A program made the translations under genes and the position numbers. Below the pieces are notes generated by a model. It searched no databases and was not told the DNA's origin. It saw nothing but the letters and a program-made list of their open reading frames with translations. 32,000 bases of DNA. Origin: Longivirga aurantiaca (GTDB taxonomy: Bacteria > Actinomycetota > Actinomycetes > S36-B12 > CAIYMF01). The stretch spans positions 360,001 to 392,000 of the forward strand of contig NZ_JBHSTI010000008.1 in NCBI RefSeq assembly GCF_042660085.1. Reading direction: 5' to 3'. Below, piece after piece: positions 1-9,200 of this stretch; the first letter of the stretch is position 1; each line of letters begins with the position of its first letter.

Positions 1-951
1 CTCGCGGCGTCGATGCTCGGCATCTCCGCGACGGTGTTCATGCCGGTGGGCGCGCCGCTGCCGAAGGTGGCTGCGACCCGCGGGTACGGCGCGGAGATCC
101 GCTTCATCGGTACGGCGATCGACGAGTGCCTCGTCGCCGCGCAGGAGTTCGCCGACGAGACGGGCGCGATCCTCATCCACCCGTTCGACCACAAGGACAT
201 CGTCGCGGGGCAGGGCACGGTCGGTCTCGAGATCCTCGAGCAGCGCCCGGACGTGAAGACCATCGTCGTGTGCACCGGCGGCGGAGGCCTGCTCGCCGGG
301 ATCGCCGTGGCGGTCAAGGCAGTTCGGCCCGACGTCCGCATCGTCGGCGTCCAGGCGGCGGGCGCCGCGGCGTACCCCGGCTCGCTCGCCGTGCACCACC
401 CGGTGTCGCTCGCGTCGATGTCGACGATGGCCGACGGAATCGCCGTGGGGCGGCCGGGCGACGTGCCGTTCGCGCTCATCGACGACCTCGTCGACCAGGT
501 GGTGGTCGTCGACGACGAGACGATCGCCCGTGCCCTGGTCCTCACCCTCGAGCGAGGCAAGCTGGTGGTCGAGCCGGCCGGTGCCGCAGGGCTGGCCGCC
601 GTGCTCGACGACCCGGCGGCGTTCGAGCCGCCCGTGGTCGTCGTGGTGTCGGGCGGCAACGTCGACCCGCTGCTGCTGCTGCGGGTGATCCGGCACGGCC
701 TCGCTGCGGCCGGGCGGTACAGCACCCTCACGGTGCGCATGCCCGACCGGCCGGGCTCGCTCGCCTCGCTCCTCGCAGCCCTCGCGGCGGCGGACGCCAA
801 CGTGGTCGAGGTCGAGCACGCGCGGGCCGACCCCAAGCTGCATCTCGACGAGGTGCAGATCGAGGTGCAGGTGGAGACGCGGGGGCCCGAGCACCGGGAC
901 GAGGTCCTGGCCCGGCTCGCCCGGGAGGGGTTCCACGTCACCACCGGATAG
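1..951 (+). CDS. ilvA: Threonine ammonia-lyase (threonine dehydratase), C-terminal part with ACT-like domain; 5' end truncated by the window
   Basis: Frame 1 is open from base 1; PLP fold-type II glycine-rich segments (TGGGGLLAGIAVAVK, VVVVVSGGNVD) followed by an ACT-like region (YSTLTVRMPDRPGSLASLLAALAAADANVVEVEH). Confidence 0.9.
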   Translation, partial: LAASMLGISATVFMPVGAPLPKVAATRGYGAEIRFIGTAIDECLVAAQEFADETGAILIHPFDHKDIVAGQGTVGLEILEQRPDVKTIVVCTGGGGLLAGIAVAVKAVRPDVRIVGVQAAGAAAYPGSLAVHHPVSLASMSTMADGIAVGRPGDVPFALIDDLVDQVVVVDDETIARALVLTLERGKLVVEPAGAAGLAAVLDDPAAFEPPVVVVVSGGNVDPLLLLRVIRHGLAAAGRYSTLTVRMPDRPGSLASLLAALAAADANVVEVEHARADPKLHLDEVQIEVQVETRGPEHRDEVLARLAREGFHVTTG

Positions 952-1022
952 GGCGCACCGGCCGGCTGCGCTGCCGGGCGCCCGCACCCCGTCGGAAGAA
1001 TGCCCGGTGGAGAGATGCGATG

Positions 1023-1050
1023 TACTTTGGCAAGCAGGATTGCCAAAGTA
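1023..1050. promoter_or_regulatory. Perfect 11-bp inverted repeat TACTTTGGCAA-N6-TTGCCAAAGTA, probable operator
   Basis: Read directly: arms 1023-1033 and 1040-1050, spacer gcagga. Its right arm contains TTGCCA, a plausible -35, 18 nt from TACAGT (1064-1069), which lies 6 nt before ATG 1076. Confidence 0.75.
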
Positions 1051-1075
1051 GAAAGAATGGCTTTACAGTCGTCTC

Positions 1076-1852
1076 ATGAACGAGGACCTGAACTCCCTGC
1101 GCGACCTGCTCACCCGCGTGGCCTCCGGCGAGGTAGACCCCGCCGAGGCCGCCCGCCTCCTCGACGAGGACCCCTCGGTCCCCACCGTCGACCGCCGCGA
1201 CGACGTGCGCTCCGAGGCGCCCGTGTCCGCCCTGGCCATCCATGCCGGCGGCGTCAAGCTCACCGTCGTCGCCGACCCGACCGTCGCGACGGCAGTCGCC
1301 GACGGACCGCACGCCATCCGGCGCGAGGGCTCGGTCCTCGTGCTCGACGCCCCGAGCGAGGACGGCTACCGCACCACTCCGCCGCCGCGCTTCCTCGGCT
1401 GGGTGCCGGCCGCCTGGACCGGCGGACGCGGCCAGAAGGTGATGGTGCGGGTCAACCCCGCGCTCCCGCTCACCGTCGAGGCGACGGCGTGCTCGGTCGA
1501 CATCACCGGGCTGCGGGCACCGCTCACCCTGGGCGGCAGCGCGTCGGCCGTGAAGGTGCACGACCATGTCGGCGGCCTGCACGGCAGCCTCGCGATGGGC
1601 TCGGCCGAGATCGCCGCGACGGTGACCGAGCCGAGCGACCTCGCCTGCGAGCTCGGGAGCCTCGAGCTGCTGCTCGCTCCGGGCTCGGACGTCACCCTGA
1701 CCGCCACGTGCGACCTCGGCGAGGTGAAGCTGCCGCACGCCGCGTCGCGGGAGGCTGCGTCCGCGCGGCAGACGAGCGTGATCGGGGCCGGCACCCATCC
1801 GTTCACGGTGGCGGTGCGCCTCGGCTCGGCCACGGTGGCGGTGGCGTCGTGA
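1076..1852 (+). CDS. DUF4097-like putative adhesin/beta-structured protein with N-terminal SHOCT-like helical motif
   Basis: 258 aa ORF; N-terminus LRDLLTRVASGEVDPAEAARLLDED, then repetitive beta-like region typical of YvlB/DUF4097 proteins; GTGA overlap with the next gene. Confidence 0.7.
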   Translation: MNEDLNSLRDLLTRVASGEVDPAEAARLLDEDPSVPTVDRRDDVRSEAPVSALAIHAGGVKLTVVADPTVATAVADGPHAIRREGSVLVLDAPSEDGYRTTPPPRFLGWVPAAWTGGRGQKVMVRVNPALPLTVEATACSVDITGLRAPLTLGGSASAVKVHDHVGGLHGSLAMGSAEIAATVTEPSDLACELGSLELLLAPGSDVTLTATCDLGEVKLPHAASREAASARQTSVIGAGTHPFTVAVRLGSATVAVAS

Positions 1853-2235
1853 CCCCCGTCCCGGACGTCACCCGTCGGCCGCCCCGGGCGTGCCCGGTCT
1901 GCTCGTCCGAGCTGATCATCACCGGCTGCGGCTGCCCCGAGTGCGGCACCGGCATCTCCGGCGAGTTCCGGATGAGCGCGTACGACGCCCTGACCGACGA
2001 CGAGCTCGAGATGCTGCGGGTGTTCCTGGTCAGCCGCGGCAACATGCGCGAGCTGGAGAAGCACCTGGGCGTCTCGTACCCGACCACCCGGCAGCGGTTC
2101 GCCGACCTGCTGGCCAAGCTCGACCTCGAGGACCCTGCCGAGACCAAGAAGTCGGTCGACCGCGACGCCGTGCTCGCCGACGTCGCCGCCGGTCGCCTGT
2201 CGGTCGACGAGGCCGAGAAGCTGCTCACCGACTGA
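1849..2235 (+). CDS. DUF2089 family protein (zinc-ribbon CPVC..CGCPEC plus helix-turn-helix-like segment)
   Basis: GTG start overlaps upstream stop; ACPVCSSELIITGCGCPECGTGISGEF, then LEKHLGVSYPTTRQRFADLLAKL and C-terminal VLADVAAGRLSVDEAEKLLTD. Confidence 0.85.
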   Translation: MTPVPDVTRRPPRACPVCSSELIITGCGCPECGTGISGEFRMSAYDALTDDELEMLRVFLVSRGNMRELEKHLGVSYPTTRQRFADLLAKLDLEDPAETKKSVDRDAVLADVAAGRLSVDEAEKLLTD

Positions 2236-2237
2236 GC

Positions 2238-2262
2238 GTCCGGGGTGCCCGGCACCCTGGAC
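2238..2262 (+). terminator. Hairpin after the DUF2089 gene
   Basis: GTCCGGGGTGCC-C-GGCACCCTGGAC, 12-bp arms with one G:U, 3 nt after the stop codon. Confidence 0.6.
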
Positions 2263-2296
2263 CTTCACGCGACGTCAACCGTCACGCTCGTTCCGG

Positions 2297-2325
2297 CACG
2301 GGTTCCGCGAGGGGCGAAACCCGTG
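2297..2325. promoter_or_regulatory. Inverted repeat CACGGGTT...AACCCGTG in the leader of the ABC transporter genes
   Basis: Arms 2297-2304 and 2318-2325; extends inward with CGC/GCG after one mismatch; 35 nt upstream of ATG 2360. Confidence 0.4.
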
Positions 2326-2359
2326 TGCGCGCACCACCATCGAGGGGAAGGCTCTGCCC

Positions 2360-3379
<1,020 letters not shown>

Positions 3380-3380
3380 G

Positions 3381-4241
3381 ATGGCTGCCACCACCGCCCC
3401 GACCCCGGTCCCCACCGAGCTCACGCGGCCCGGCATCGGCTGGTTCCTGCACGACGGGATCGTGGTCGCCAAGCGCAACCTCATCCAGGCGCTGCGGGTG
3501 CCCGAGAGCATCTTCTTCTCGCTCGTGCAGCCGGTGATCTTCGTCTTCATGTTCGCCTACGTGTTCGGCGGCGCGATCCCCATCCCTGGCGATGCCGCCG
3601 CCGACGCCTACCGGCAGTACCTGATCCCGGGCATCTTCGGGCAGACCGTCGCGTTCGCGGCCGCGGCGTCCACCGTCGGGCTCGCCGACGACCTCCACAA
3701 GGGCATCGTCGACCGCTTCCGCTCGCTGCCGATGGCGGCGTCCGCCGTGCTCTTCGGACGGACGGCGGCCGACGCGCTCCAGCAGATCGCGGTGCTCGTG
3801 GTGCTCTCGATCACCGGCTTCATCGTCGGATGGCGCATCGAGAACGGCCTCTGGAACGCGGCGCTGGCCTACCTGCTGCTCCTGCTCTTCGCCTACACCG
3901 TGGCGTGGGTCGGCGCCTGGGTCGGCCTGCACATGCCCAACCCGCAGACCGCGAGCACCGCAGGGCTGATCTGGCTGTTCCCGCTCACCTTCCTGTCGAA
4001 CGCCTTCGTGCCTCTGGCCGGCATGCCGCCCGTCGTGCAGACGATCGCGGAGTGGAACCCGGTGTCGTCGCTCGTGCTCGCCTGCCGCGAGCTGTTCGGC
4101 AACCCGACCGGCCTCGTGCCCCAGCTCGAGTCGGCGGCGTGGCCGATGCAGAACCCCGTCGCCTACACGCTGATCTCGTGCACGGTCGTGATCGCGGTCT
4201 TCAGCGTCCTCGCCGTCCGCAAGTACCGCGCGACCAGCTGA
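3381..4241 (+). CDS. ABC-2 type transporter permease (DrrB-like)
   Basis: ATG 1 bp after the ATPase stop; multi-TM protein, ABC-2 style YRQYLIPGIFGQTVAFAAAASTVGLADDLHKGIVDRFRSLPM. Confidence 0.93.
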   Translation: MAATTAPTPVPTELTRPGIGWFLHDGIVVAKRNLIQALRVPESIFFSLVQPVIFVFMFAYVFGGAIPIPGDAAADAYRQYLIPGIFGQTVAFAAAASTVGLADDLHKGIVDRFRSLPMAASAVLFGRTAADALQQIAVLVVLSITGFIVGWRIENGLWNAALAYLLLLLFAYTVAWVGAWVGLHMPNPQTASTAGLIWLFPLTFLSNAFVPLAGMPPVVQTIAEWNPVSSLVLACRELFGNPTGLVPQLESAAWPMQNPVAYTLISCTVVIAVFSVLAVRKYRATS

Positions 4242-4247
4242 CGACGC

Positions 4248-4283
4248 ACGAAGGCCCGGCACCTCGAGGTGCCGGGCCTTCGT
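4248..4283. terminator. Bidirectional terminator-like perfect palindrome between convergent genes
   Basis: ACGAAGGCCCGGCACCTCGAGGTGCCGGGCCTTCGT, 18-bp arms, between the permease stop (4241) and greA stop (4298). Confidence 0.85.
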
Positions 4284-4297
4284 CGTACGCGGGGCGC

Positions 4298-4789
4298 CTA
4301 TCCGGTGTAGGGCTCGGCCTTCAGGATCTCGACGTTGAGCGTCTTGCCCGCCGGAGTCGTGTAGCTGACGGACGTGCCGACCTTCCGTCCGAGCACCGCA
4401 GCACCGAGCGGCGAGGTGGGGGAGTAGACCGAGATGGAGGCGGTGGCGGCCTCCTCGCGCGAGCCGAGCAGGAAGGTCTCCTCCTCGTTGAACTCCACGA
4501 GGCGCACCGTGACGACCTGGCCCTGCGCGACCTCGCCCTCGGTGGCCGGAGGGGCGCCGATCTTCGCGTTCTCGAGCAGGTGGGTCAGCACCTTCACGCG
4601 GGCCTCGTTCTTGCCCTGCTCCTCCTTGGCCGCGTGGTAGCCGCCGTTCTCCTTGAGGTCGCCCTCCTCGCGCGCGGCCTCGATGCGCTTCACGATCTGC
4701 GCACGACGCGGTCCCGACCGGTCGGCGAGCTCCTCCTGGAGGCGCTCGAAGGCCTCCTGGGTCAGCCAGGTCTCGGTCGTCTGGGTCAC
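4298..4789 (-). CDS. greA: Transcription elongation factor GreA
   Basis: 163 aa; LTQEAFERLQEELADRSGPRRAQIVKRIEAAREEGDLKENGGYHAAKEEQGKNEARV and C-terminal FKBP-like SPTSPLGAAVLGRKVG. Confidence 0.97.
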   Translation of the reverse strand: MTQTTETWLTQEAFERLQEELADRSGPRRAQIVKRIEAAREEGDLKENGGYHAAKEEQGKNEARVKVLTHLLENAKIGAPPATEGEVAQGQVVTVRLVEFNEEETFLLGSREEAATASISVYSPTSPLGAAVLGRKVGTSVSYTTPAGKTLNVEILKAEPYTG

Positions 4790-4862
4790 GGGAGGTCTGC
4801 CTTCGTTCGGAGGTGGCTCGTGGTCAGGGGGATCAGCGTACGGCGCGACGCCGGGGGACGGC

Positions 4863-5369
4863 CTACGAGCCGTCGACGACCGGGATCTGCGGGGGGTTCG
4901 TGGTGCCGGGCAGGAAGCCGGGCGGGTCGACCCTCGGCGGCTGCCCCGCGGTGCAGTCGAGCACCTCGGCGCTCGTGGCCTCGGCGTACGTCGCGAGCGG
5001 GTAGGTCACCTGGACGTAGTCCCGGCCGGGCGTGATGCGGATCGACGCGTAGCCGACATCGGTGTGGTCCTCGGCGCGGGCCCGGAGCACGCAGAAGGTC
5101 TCGTCGAGGGAGTTGCGGCGCACCTCGAACGTGACGTCGACCTGCTGCGGGGAGACGACCGTGAAGGCGAGCAGCTTGGACTGGGTGTCCGGCGTCGCAA
5201 GCCGGTAGCCGAGGCCGAGGACGCCGGCGACGAAGCCGATCACGAGCACTGCGAGGACGCCGATCACCACGGGGTTCGTGCGGCGGACGCCGTACCGGGC
5301 GGCCATGGCCGGGGTGAGCAGCAGGCCGGTGCGCGCCTCACGGCGCGGCTCGGTCGCGGGCTCGGTCAC
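4863..5369 (-). CDS. DUF4307 family single-TM protein
   Basis: VTEPATEPRREARTGLLLTPAMAARYG...NPVVIGVLAVLVIGFVAGVLGLGYRL, followed by DUF4307-like region; conserved location between greA and mca. Start could be ATG at 5306. Confidence 0.8.
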   Translation of the reverse strand: MTEPATEPRREARTGLLLTPAMAARYGVRRTNPVVIGVLAVLVIGFVAGVLGLGYRLATPDTQSKLLAFTVVSPQQVDVTFEVRRNSLDETFCVLRARAEDHTDVGYASIRITPGRDYVQVTYPLATYAEATSAEVLDCTAGQPPRVDPPGFLPGTTNPPQIPVVDGS

Positions 5370-5453
5370 CGGGCTGCTCCTCACGGTCGTACGGGTCTGG
5401 GAGACTGTGGCGGTACCGGGGCGCCGAACGTCCTGGTCCAGTACCAGTGACCA

Positions 5454-6443
5454 GTGTCCCTCACCCGGACCGAACCGCCACGACCAGGAGCGACCGTGAC
5501 CGCTGCACCCCACCTGCCGGGGCCGGGCGAGCCCCTGCGCCTCATGGCGGTGCACGCCCACCCCGACGACGAGTCGAGCAAGGGGGCCGCGTCCGCCGCG
5601 CGGTACGTCGCCGAGGGCGTCGAGGTCCTGGTGGTCACGTGCACCGGCGGCGAGCGCGGCGACGTGCTCAACCCGAGCCTGGCGCACGACCCTGCTGTGC
5701 TCGCCGACCTCGCGGCCTACCGCCGCACCGAGATGGCGCGCGCCGCGGAGATCCTGGGCGTGCAGCAGACCTGGCTGGGCTTCCACGATTCCGGCCTCCC
5801 CGAGGCCGACGAGGACGGCGTCGTCCCCCCGCTGCCCGAGGGCTGCTTCGCGCTCGTCCCGCTCGACGAGGCGACCGAGCCGCTGGTGCGCCTCGTGCGC
5901 GAGTTCCGCCCGCACGTGCTGACGACGTACGACGAGAACGGCGGCTACCCGCACCCCGACCACATCAAGACGCACGAGATCTCGATGCGCGCGTTCGAGG
6001 CGGCCGGCGACCCCGAGCAGTTCCCCGGCACGGGCGAGCCGTGGCAGCCGGCCAAGCTCTACTACCACCTGACCTTCCACAAGGCCCGGCTCGTCGCGCT
6101 GCACGAGATGTGCCTCGCCGAGGGCATCGACTCGCCGTTCGCCGACTGGCTCGCGGGCTGGGAGGACAAGCCGGAGGACGCCGCCCGGCTCACGACGCAG
6201 GTGGAGTGCGCAGCCTGGTTCGAGGCGCGCGACGAGGCGCTCAAGGCGCACGCCACGCAGATCGACCCCGACGGCCGCTGGTTCGCTGTCCCCATGGACG
6301 CGCAGCGCGCCGCCTGGCCCACCGAGGACTACCAGCTCGCGCGGTCGCTCGTCCCTGTCGGCGAGGGGATCGAGGACGACCTGTTCGCGGGCGTCCGGCC
6401 CGAGGCCCAGTCCGACTCCTCCGAGATCACGAGGTCCGCGTGA
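5454..6443 (+). CDS. mca: Mycothiol S-conjugate amidase Mca
   Basis: LmbE/PIG-L fold: LRLMAVHAHPDDESSKGAA, CTGGERGDVLNPSL; neighbourhood typical of mca. Confidence 0.93.
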   Translation: MSLTRTEPPRPGATVTAAPHLPGPGEPLRLMAVHAHPDDESSKGAASAARYVAEGVEVLVVTCTGGERGDVLNPSLAHDPAVLADLAAYRRTEMARAAEILGVQQTWLGFHDSGLPEADEDGVVPPLPEGCFALVPLDEATEPLVRLVREFRPHVLTTYDENGGYPHPDHIKTHEISMRAFEAAGDPEQFPGTGEPWQPAKLYYHLTFHKARLVALHEMCLAEGIDSPFADWLAGWEDKPEDAARLTTQVECAAWFEARDEALKAHATQIDPDGRWFAVPMDAQRAAWPTEDYQLARSLVPVGEGIEDDLFAGVRPEAQSDSSEITRSA

Positions 6444-6745
6444 ACCACCTCTGGCTGCTGGCAGCCGCTGTGTCGCCGTCGCCGTCGCCGTCGTCCACCG
6501 AGCCGGCGATCGACCCCGACCGCGTCTCGCCCGGCATCCTCGGCTTCCTCGCGGTGGTGTTCCTCGCCCTCGCGATGGTCGTGATCTGGAAGAGCATGAA
6601 CAAGCAGCTCACGGGCATCGACTTCGACGAGAACGACACCGAGAACCCGCGCTACACCCGCAAGAAGGCCGAGCGCGCCGCGCAGCGTGCGGCCGCCGAG
6701 GGCGCGCTCCCGACCGGCGACGCCCCCGGCGCCCCCGACGCCTGA
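6440..6745 (+). CDS. Small conserved membrane protein
   Basis: GTG start overlapping the mca stop; VNHLWLLAAAV..., one clear TM (GILGFLAVVFLALAMVVIWKSM), C-terminal NPRYTRKKAERAAQRAA. Confidence 0.7.
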   Translation: MNHLWLLAAAVSPSPSPSSTEPAIDPDRVSPGILGFLAVVFLALAMVVIWKSMNKQLTGIDFDENDTENPRYTRKKAERAAQRAAAEGALPTGDAPGAPDA

Positions 6746-6905
6746 CCTGCCTCACGCACTGAACGGCCAGAAACCGCAGGGATTCTCGGTCACTTCCGTG
6801 CGTGAGCCGGGTGCCATCACGCGCCGACGAGCGGCGAACCGAGCGACATCGCCGGAGGACCGTGCGATCCTCGAACCATCTGCCGAGCGACGAGGGGATG
6901 CCGTC

Positions 6906-7571
6906 ATGGTCGAGGTCGTGGAGTCCGAGGTCCTGGACAGGGAGCCCGAGTCGCTGCTGCTCCGTCTCGAGCAGAAGCTGCAGCAGGTGGTGCTCGACGT
7001 CGTCGACCACGGCGCCGGGCCGCTCGTGGGCTCCGCGGCGTACGGCGACGCCCGCCTCGCCGACACCGGAGACCGGGATGCCGCGATCGCGCTCATGATC
7101 CGCGAGTCGGGGATGGCCACCGGCGGCACGGGGTTCCTCACCGGTTTCGGCGGCTTCCTCGCCCTCCCGCTCACCTTCCCGGCGAACGTCGCGGGCAACC
7201 TCGTCTTCAACTCGCGCATGGTGGGTGCCATCGCCCACCTGCATGGGCACGACCTCGACGACCCGCACACGCAGGCCTCGATCCTGCTCACCGTCGCAGG
7301 TGCCGACGCCGAGAAGGTGCTGACCGAGCTCGGCGTCGACATCGGCGACTCCGGCACCCACGAGGCCATCAGGAAGCTGCCCGTCCCGGTCGTGCACGAG
7401 ATCAACAGGCGCGCGGGGATCTTCCTCGTGGCGAAGTACGGCGGCAAGCGCCTGGCCTTCACCGCCGTACGGTCGATCCCTCTCGTCGGCGGCCTGGTCG
7501 GCGGCGGCATCGACGCGGCTCTCACGCAGTACGTCGGCGGCCTCGCCACCCGCACGTTCGCCGCGTCCTGA
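6906..7571 (+). CDS. EcsC family protein
   Basis: MVEVVESEVLDREPESLLLRLEQKLQQVVLDVVDHG...GTGFLTGFGGFLALPLTFPANVAGNLVFNSRMVGAIAHLHGHD, characteristic of EcsC-like proteins. Confidence 0.8.
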   Translation: MVEVVESEVLDREPESLLLRLEQKLQQVVLDVVDHGAGPLVGSAAYGDARLADTGDRDAAIALMIRESGMATGGTGFLTGFGGFLALPLTFPANVAGNLVFNSRMVGAIAHLHGHDLDDPHTQASILLTVAGADAEKVLTELGVDIGDSGTHEAIRKLPVPVVHEINRRAGIFLVAKYGGKRLAFTAVRSIPLVGGLVGGGIDAALTQYVGGLATRTFAAS

Positions 7572-7583
7572 CCGGGCGCCGTC

Positions 7584-8009
7584 CTAGTCGGAGTCGCTGC
7601 GCCGCAGCCGCTTGGTCTCTCCCCGGCGCTTCTTCTCGGCGATCCTCCGGTCGACCGAGCCCCGGGTGGGCTTGGTGGCGCGCCGCGGCCGTGGCGGCGG
7701 CGCGATCGCGGCCGTGACGAGCTCGACCAGCCGCCGCTCGGCCGCGAGGCGGTTCTGGTACTGGCTGCGCTGCTCGGACGCGGTCACCGACACGACACCG
7801 TCGACGAGTCGGTCGGCCAGCCGCTCGAGCGCGCGCTCCTTCAGGGCCGGCCCGAGCGCGGAGGTCGCGGCGACGTCCCACAGCAGCTCGACCCGGGAGT
7901 CGGTCGTGTTCACGCCCTGGCCGCCCGGCCCGGACGACCGCGAGAATCGCCAGGAGAGCTCGGCCTCGGGGATGACGACCGAGCCACGGATCTGCAGATC
8001 ACCGGGCAT
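7584..8009 (-). CDS. arfB: ArfB/YaeJ-type alternative ribosome-rescue peptidyl-tRNA hydrolase
   Basis: RF-1-like domain with SSGPGGQGVNTTDSRVEL (GGQ motif) and basic C-terminal tail RIAEKKRRGETKRLRR. Confidence 0.9.
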   Translation of the reverse strand: MPGDLQIRGSVVIPEAELSWRFSRSSGPGGQGVNTTDSRVELLWDVAATSALGPALKERALERLADRLVDGVVSVTASEQRSQYQNRLAAERRLVELVTAAIAPPPRPRRATKPTRGSVDRRIAEKKRRGETKRLRRSDSD

Positions 8010-8063
8010 GCGCCCATCCTGGCCCGTGGCGATGGCTCCGGCCGCGCGGGTTACCGTGGGCGG

Positions 8064-8804
8064 GTGCTGCGGATGCTCGCGACCCCGAGGTGGATCGGGC
8101 TGTCGGTGACGGCCCTTCTCCTCATCGTCGCGTTCGGCGGCATGTCGTACTGGCAGTGGCAGCGGGCCCAGCGCGACGAGATCCCGGTGCGCGAGACGGT
8201 CGCCGCCGCGGAGCTGCTCACCGCCGACGCCCCGCTCGCCGGTTCCGACTACGGAGCCCCGGTCGAGCTCACGGGGACGTACGACCTCGCGGCGCAGGTG
8301 CTCGTCGACCACGGGCAGGGCGAGTTCTGGGTCGTCACCCCGCTCCGCCCGTCGACCGGCCCCGCCGTCCCGATCGCGCGCGGCACCGTCACCAGCCCGA
8401 CCGACCCCTCCGCGGCGTCGGTCGCGACCGGCGTCGTCACCGTCCGCGGGCTCGCGCAGCCGTTCGAGGGCGACCCGGGCACCGCGGTCCCGGGCGAGGA
8501 AGGCATCGTCGAGCGCCTCACGGCGTCCGGGCTCGCCCTGCCGTACCCCGCGGTGCAGGGCTGGGTCGCGCTCACCGGGCAGGAGCCGCAGGCGCAGCCG
8601 GCGCTCGTGCCGGTGATCCCGCCGTTCGGCGTGGCCAGCGGCTCGGGCATCCGGCTGCAGAACGCCGGGTACGCCGTGCAGTGGGTGCTCTTCGCCGCGT
8701 TCGTGGTGTTCGTGTGGTGGCGCTTCCTGCGCGAGGACGCCCGGCTCGCCGCGGAGCAGGCGCCGCCTCCGGTGGCAGAGCCCTCCCGGCCCGAGATCTA
8801 CTAG
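8064..8804 (+). CDS. SURF1 family protein (cytochrome oxidase biogenesis)
   Basis: MLATPRWIGLSVTALLLIVAFGGMSYWQWQRAQRDE...VELTGTYD...VLVDHGQGEFWVVTPLRP, terminal TM. Confidence 0.9.
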   Translation: MLRMLATPRWIGLSVTALLLIVAFGGMSYWQWQRAQRDEIPVRETVAAAELLTADAPLAGSDYGAPVELTGTYDLAAQVLVDHGQGEFWVVTPLRPSTGPAVPIARGTVTSPTDPSAASVATGVVTVRGLAQPFEGDPGTAVPGEEGIVERLTASGLALPYPAVQGWVALTGQEPQAQPALVPVIPPFGVASGSGIRLQNAGYAVQWVLFAAFVVFVWWRFLREDARLAAEQAPPPVAEPSRPEIY

Positions 8805-8830
8805 ACGCAGCACCCCGAGAGAGGACCCTC

Positions 8831-9199
8831 GTGATCACCGCCCCTGTGCCCATCGTCCGCAAGGCCCTCACGCGCTACCGCGTGATGGCCTGGATCGTCG
8901 GCGTCATGCTGCTGCTGCTCGTGACGGCCATGGTGCTGAAGTACGGGTTCGGCGTCATCGAGACGACAGCCCCCGTCGCGATCGCGCACGGCTGGCTCTA
9001 CATGATCTACGTGATCGTGGCGCTCGACCTCTGCCTGCGCATGCGCTGGCCCTTCCTGCGCATGGTGTTCGTCGTGCTGGCGGGGACGATCCCGTTCGTC
9101 TCGTTCGTGGCCGAGCACAAGGTGCGGCTCTGGGTCGAGGCCGAGATCGCCGGCGTCGAGGCCGCGCAGACCGCTCCGCAGGAGCCTGCGGCGTCCTGA
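8831..9199 (+). CDS. DUF3817 family membrane protein
   Basis: GTG start; YRVMAWIVGVMLLLLVTAMVLKYGFGV...AHGWLYMIYVIVALDLCLRMRWP. Confidence 0.88.
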   Translation: MITAPVPIVRKALTRYRVMAWIVGVMLLLLVTAMVLKYGFGVIETTAPVAIAHGWLYMIYVIVALDLCLRMRWPFLRMVFVVLAGTIPFVSFVAEHKVRLWVEAEIAGVEAAQTAPQEPAAS

Positions 9200-9200
9200 C

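Noticed and set aside
1000-1848. 5' portion of the 411-aa + ORF (MPGGEMRCTLASRIAK...)
   Set aside because: Arg/Pro-rich out-of-frame read-through of the DUF4097-like gene. Only the part from GTG 1849 matches a real family (DUF2089).
8090-9199. 369-aa + ORF running through the SURF1 gene
   Set aside because: Only the last 122 residues from GTG 8831 (DUF3817) look real. The rest is a shifted frame of SURF1.
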